Source of the DNA: an uncultured Candidatus Saccharibacteria bacterium
Lineage (GTDB): Bacteria; Patescibacteriota; Saccharimonadia; Saccharimonadales; Saccharimonadaceae
NCBI GenBank assembly: GCA_964556125.1
Contig: CAZKUW010000002.1
Coordinates: 37,380 to 101,379, forward strand
Direction: 5' to 3'
Length of the DNA stretch: 64,000 bases
How positions within the stretch are numbered: position 1 is the stretch's first letter; the number at the start of each line of letters is the position of its first letter. Shown here piece after piece: positions 63,155 to 64,000 of the stretch. Made by a program: the position numbers and the translations under genes. The notes below the pieces were generated by a model, which saw nothing but the letters and a program-made list of their open reading frames with translations, was not told the origin of the DNA and ran no database searches.

Positions 63155-64000
63155 ATGAAAAATTTTTGGCAGGACCTTCCAAAACCTTTCTTCATCCTTG
63201 CTCCAATGGAAGCCGTGACGGATGTTGTTTTTCGTCATGTCATTGATACTGCCGGTGCACCTGATGTTTACTTTACAGAATTTACCAACGCCGCCAGCTA
63301 CTTTAGCGAAAAAGGTCGAGATAGTACAAAAGGTCGCCTTGCATTTACGGATGATGAACAGCCGATCGTAGCGCAAATCTGGGGAACCAAGCCGGAGCAC
63401 TTCGGCTTTATGGCAAAGGGCATGAAAGAACTCGGTTTTGCTGGTGTTGATATCAATATGGGCTGTCCCGCTAAAGACGTCGTTAAGACTGGTGGCGGAA
63501 GTGGCATGATTCGTGATCCAGAGCGCGCTGCTGCGGTCATTGCGGCTGCAAAGGAATCTGGTTTGCCGGTGAGCGTTAAGACGCGTCTAGGGGATGTGAA
63601 GACCGAGGAGTTTACCGAATGGCTCACTCATATTCTTAAACAAGACATCGTCAACCTCACGATTCATCTCCGTACTCGAAAAGAAATGAGTAAAGTTCCT
63701 GCGCACTACGAATTAATTTCTGATATTAAAAAACTTCGTGATGAAATCGCTCCTCAAACTCTCCTAAGTATTAATGGAGATATCCGTGACCGTGCCCATG
63801 GTCTCGAACTTGTTGAAAAATATGGCGTTGATGGTGTCATGATTGGCCGAGGAGTCTTTACAAACCCTTATGCCTTCTCGAAGGACATTCGCACACGAAG
63901 CCGCGAAGAATTACTTGGATTACTGGAGCAACAATTAGATCTATTCGATAAATACTCAAAAGAACTCGAGCCACGAAAGTTCGATCCTCTGAAACGATTC
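63155..64000 (+). CDS. dus: tRNA-dihydrouridine synthase, 3' end outside the window
   Basis: Hand translation gives [29 protein letters not shown]...IVAQIWG...[26 protein letters not shown], the Dus family motifs. Absent from the track because there is no stop codon in the window. Confidence 0.85.
   Translation, partial: MKNFWQDLPKPFFILAPMEAVTDVVFRHVIDTAGAPDVYFTEFTNAASYFSEKGRDSTKGRLAFTDDEQPIVAQIWGTKPEHFGFMAKGMKELGFAGVDINMGCPAKDVVKTGGGSGMIRDPERAAAVIAAAKESGLPVSVKTRLGDVKTEEFTEWLTHILKQDIVNLTIHLRTRKEMSKVPAHYELISDIKKLRDEIAPQTLLSINGDIRDRAHGLELVEKYGVDGVMIGRGVFTNPYAFSKDIRTRSREELLGLLEQQLDLFDKYSKELEPRKFDPLKRF

Noticed and set aside
1-64000. CRISPR arrays, rRNA genes, transposases or integrases, and additional tRNAs
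   Set aside because: I found no regularly spaced direct repeats, no rRNA-like conserved blocks, and no DDE or tyrosine/serine recombinase motifs in any ORF. Only one GGTTCGAATCC-type T-arm was seen (tRNA-Gln). This was a visual scan only, so a tRNAscan/Infernal run should confirm it.

Overview
This is a 64-kb chromosomal segment from a bacterium with a G+C content in the mid-40s %. The backbone is compact and mostly housekeeping: nusG, rplK/rplA/rplJ/rplL, thyA-folA-dcd-tmk, tdk, dnaX, dnaB, ybaB-recR, cysS, tsaC, a DEAD-box helicase, an AddA/UvrD-like helicase-nuclease and dus. The giant type IV pilin-like proteins, the many orphan genes and the widespread leaderless-looking gene starts suggest a reduced-genome Patescibacteria/Saccharibacteria-like organism; this is inference only. 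Seven things stand out. (1) At least eight discrete single-gene GC-rich islets (about 40/60 G+C in a hand-counted sample, against about 25/60 in a neighbouring gene) are scattered between housekeeping genes. Each has a near-consensus AT-rich promoter, and most end in a GC-rich hairpin. (2) A 2.5-kb low-GC islet is bounded by a direct repeat of the tRNA-Gln 3' end. It carries a Shedu-like (DUF4263) nuclease plus two uncharacterised co-oriented genes. (3) A translationally coupled crtE-crtB-crtI-split cyclase-UbiA prenyltransferase operon has the actinobacterial C50-carotenoid layout. (4) Two paralogous modules each pair a giant FN3-repeat pilin with a membrane-anchored protein. (5) An Erm-like rRNA methyltransferase sits in a mosaic accessory stretch. 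(6) A 45-47 aa Cys/His-rich ORF, absent from the ORF track, lies behind a long structured leader. (7) The rplKAJL cluster is fragmented, and L1 carries an N-terminal extension. I saw no rRNA gene, CRISPR array, transposase or integrase. All family assignments come from motif-level reading by eye, not from database searches.
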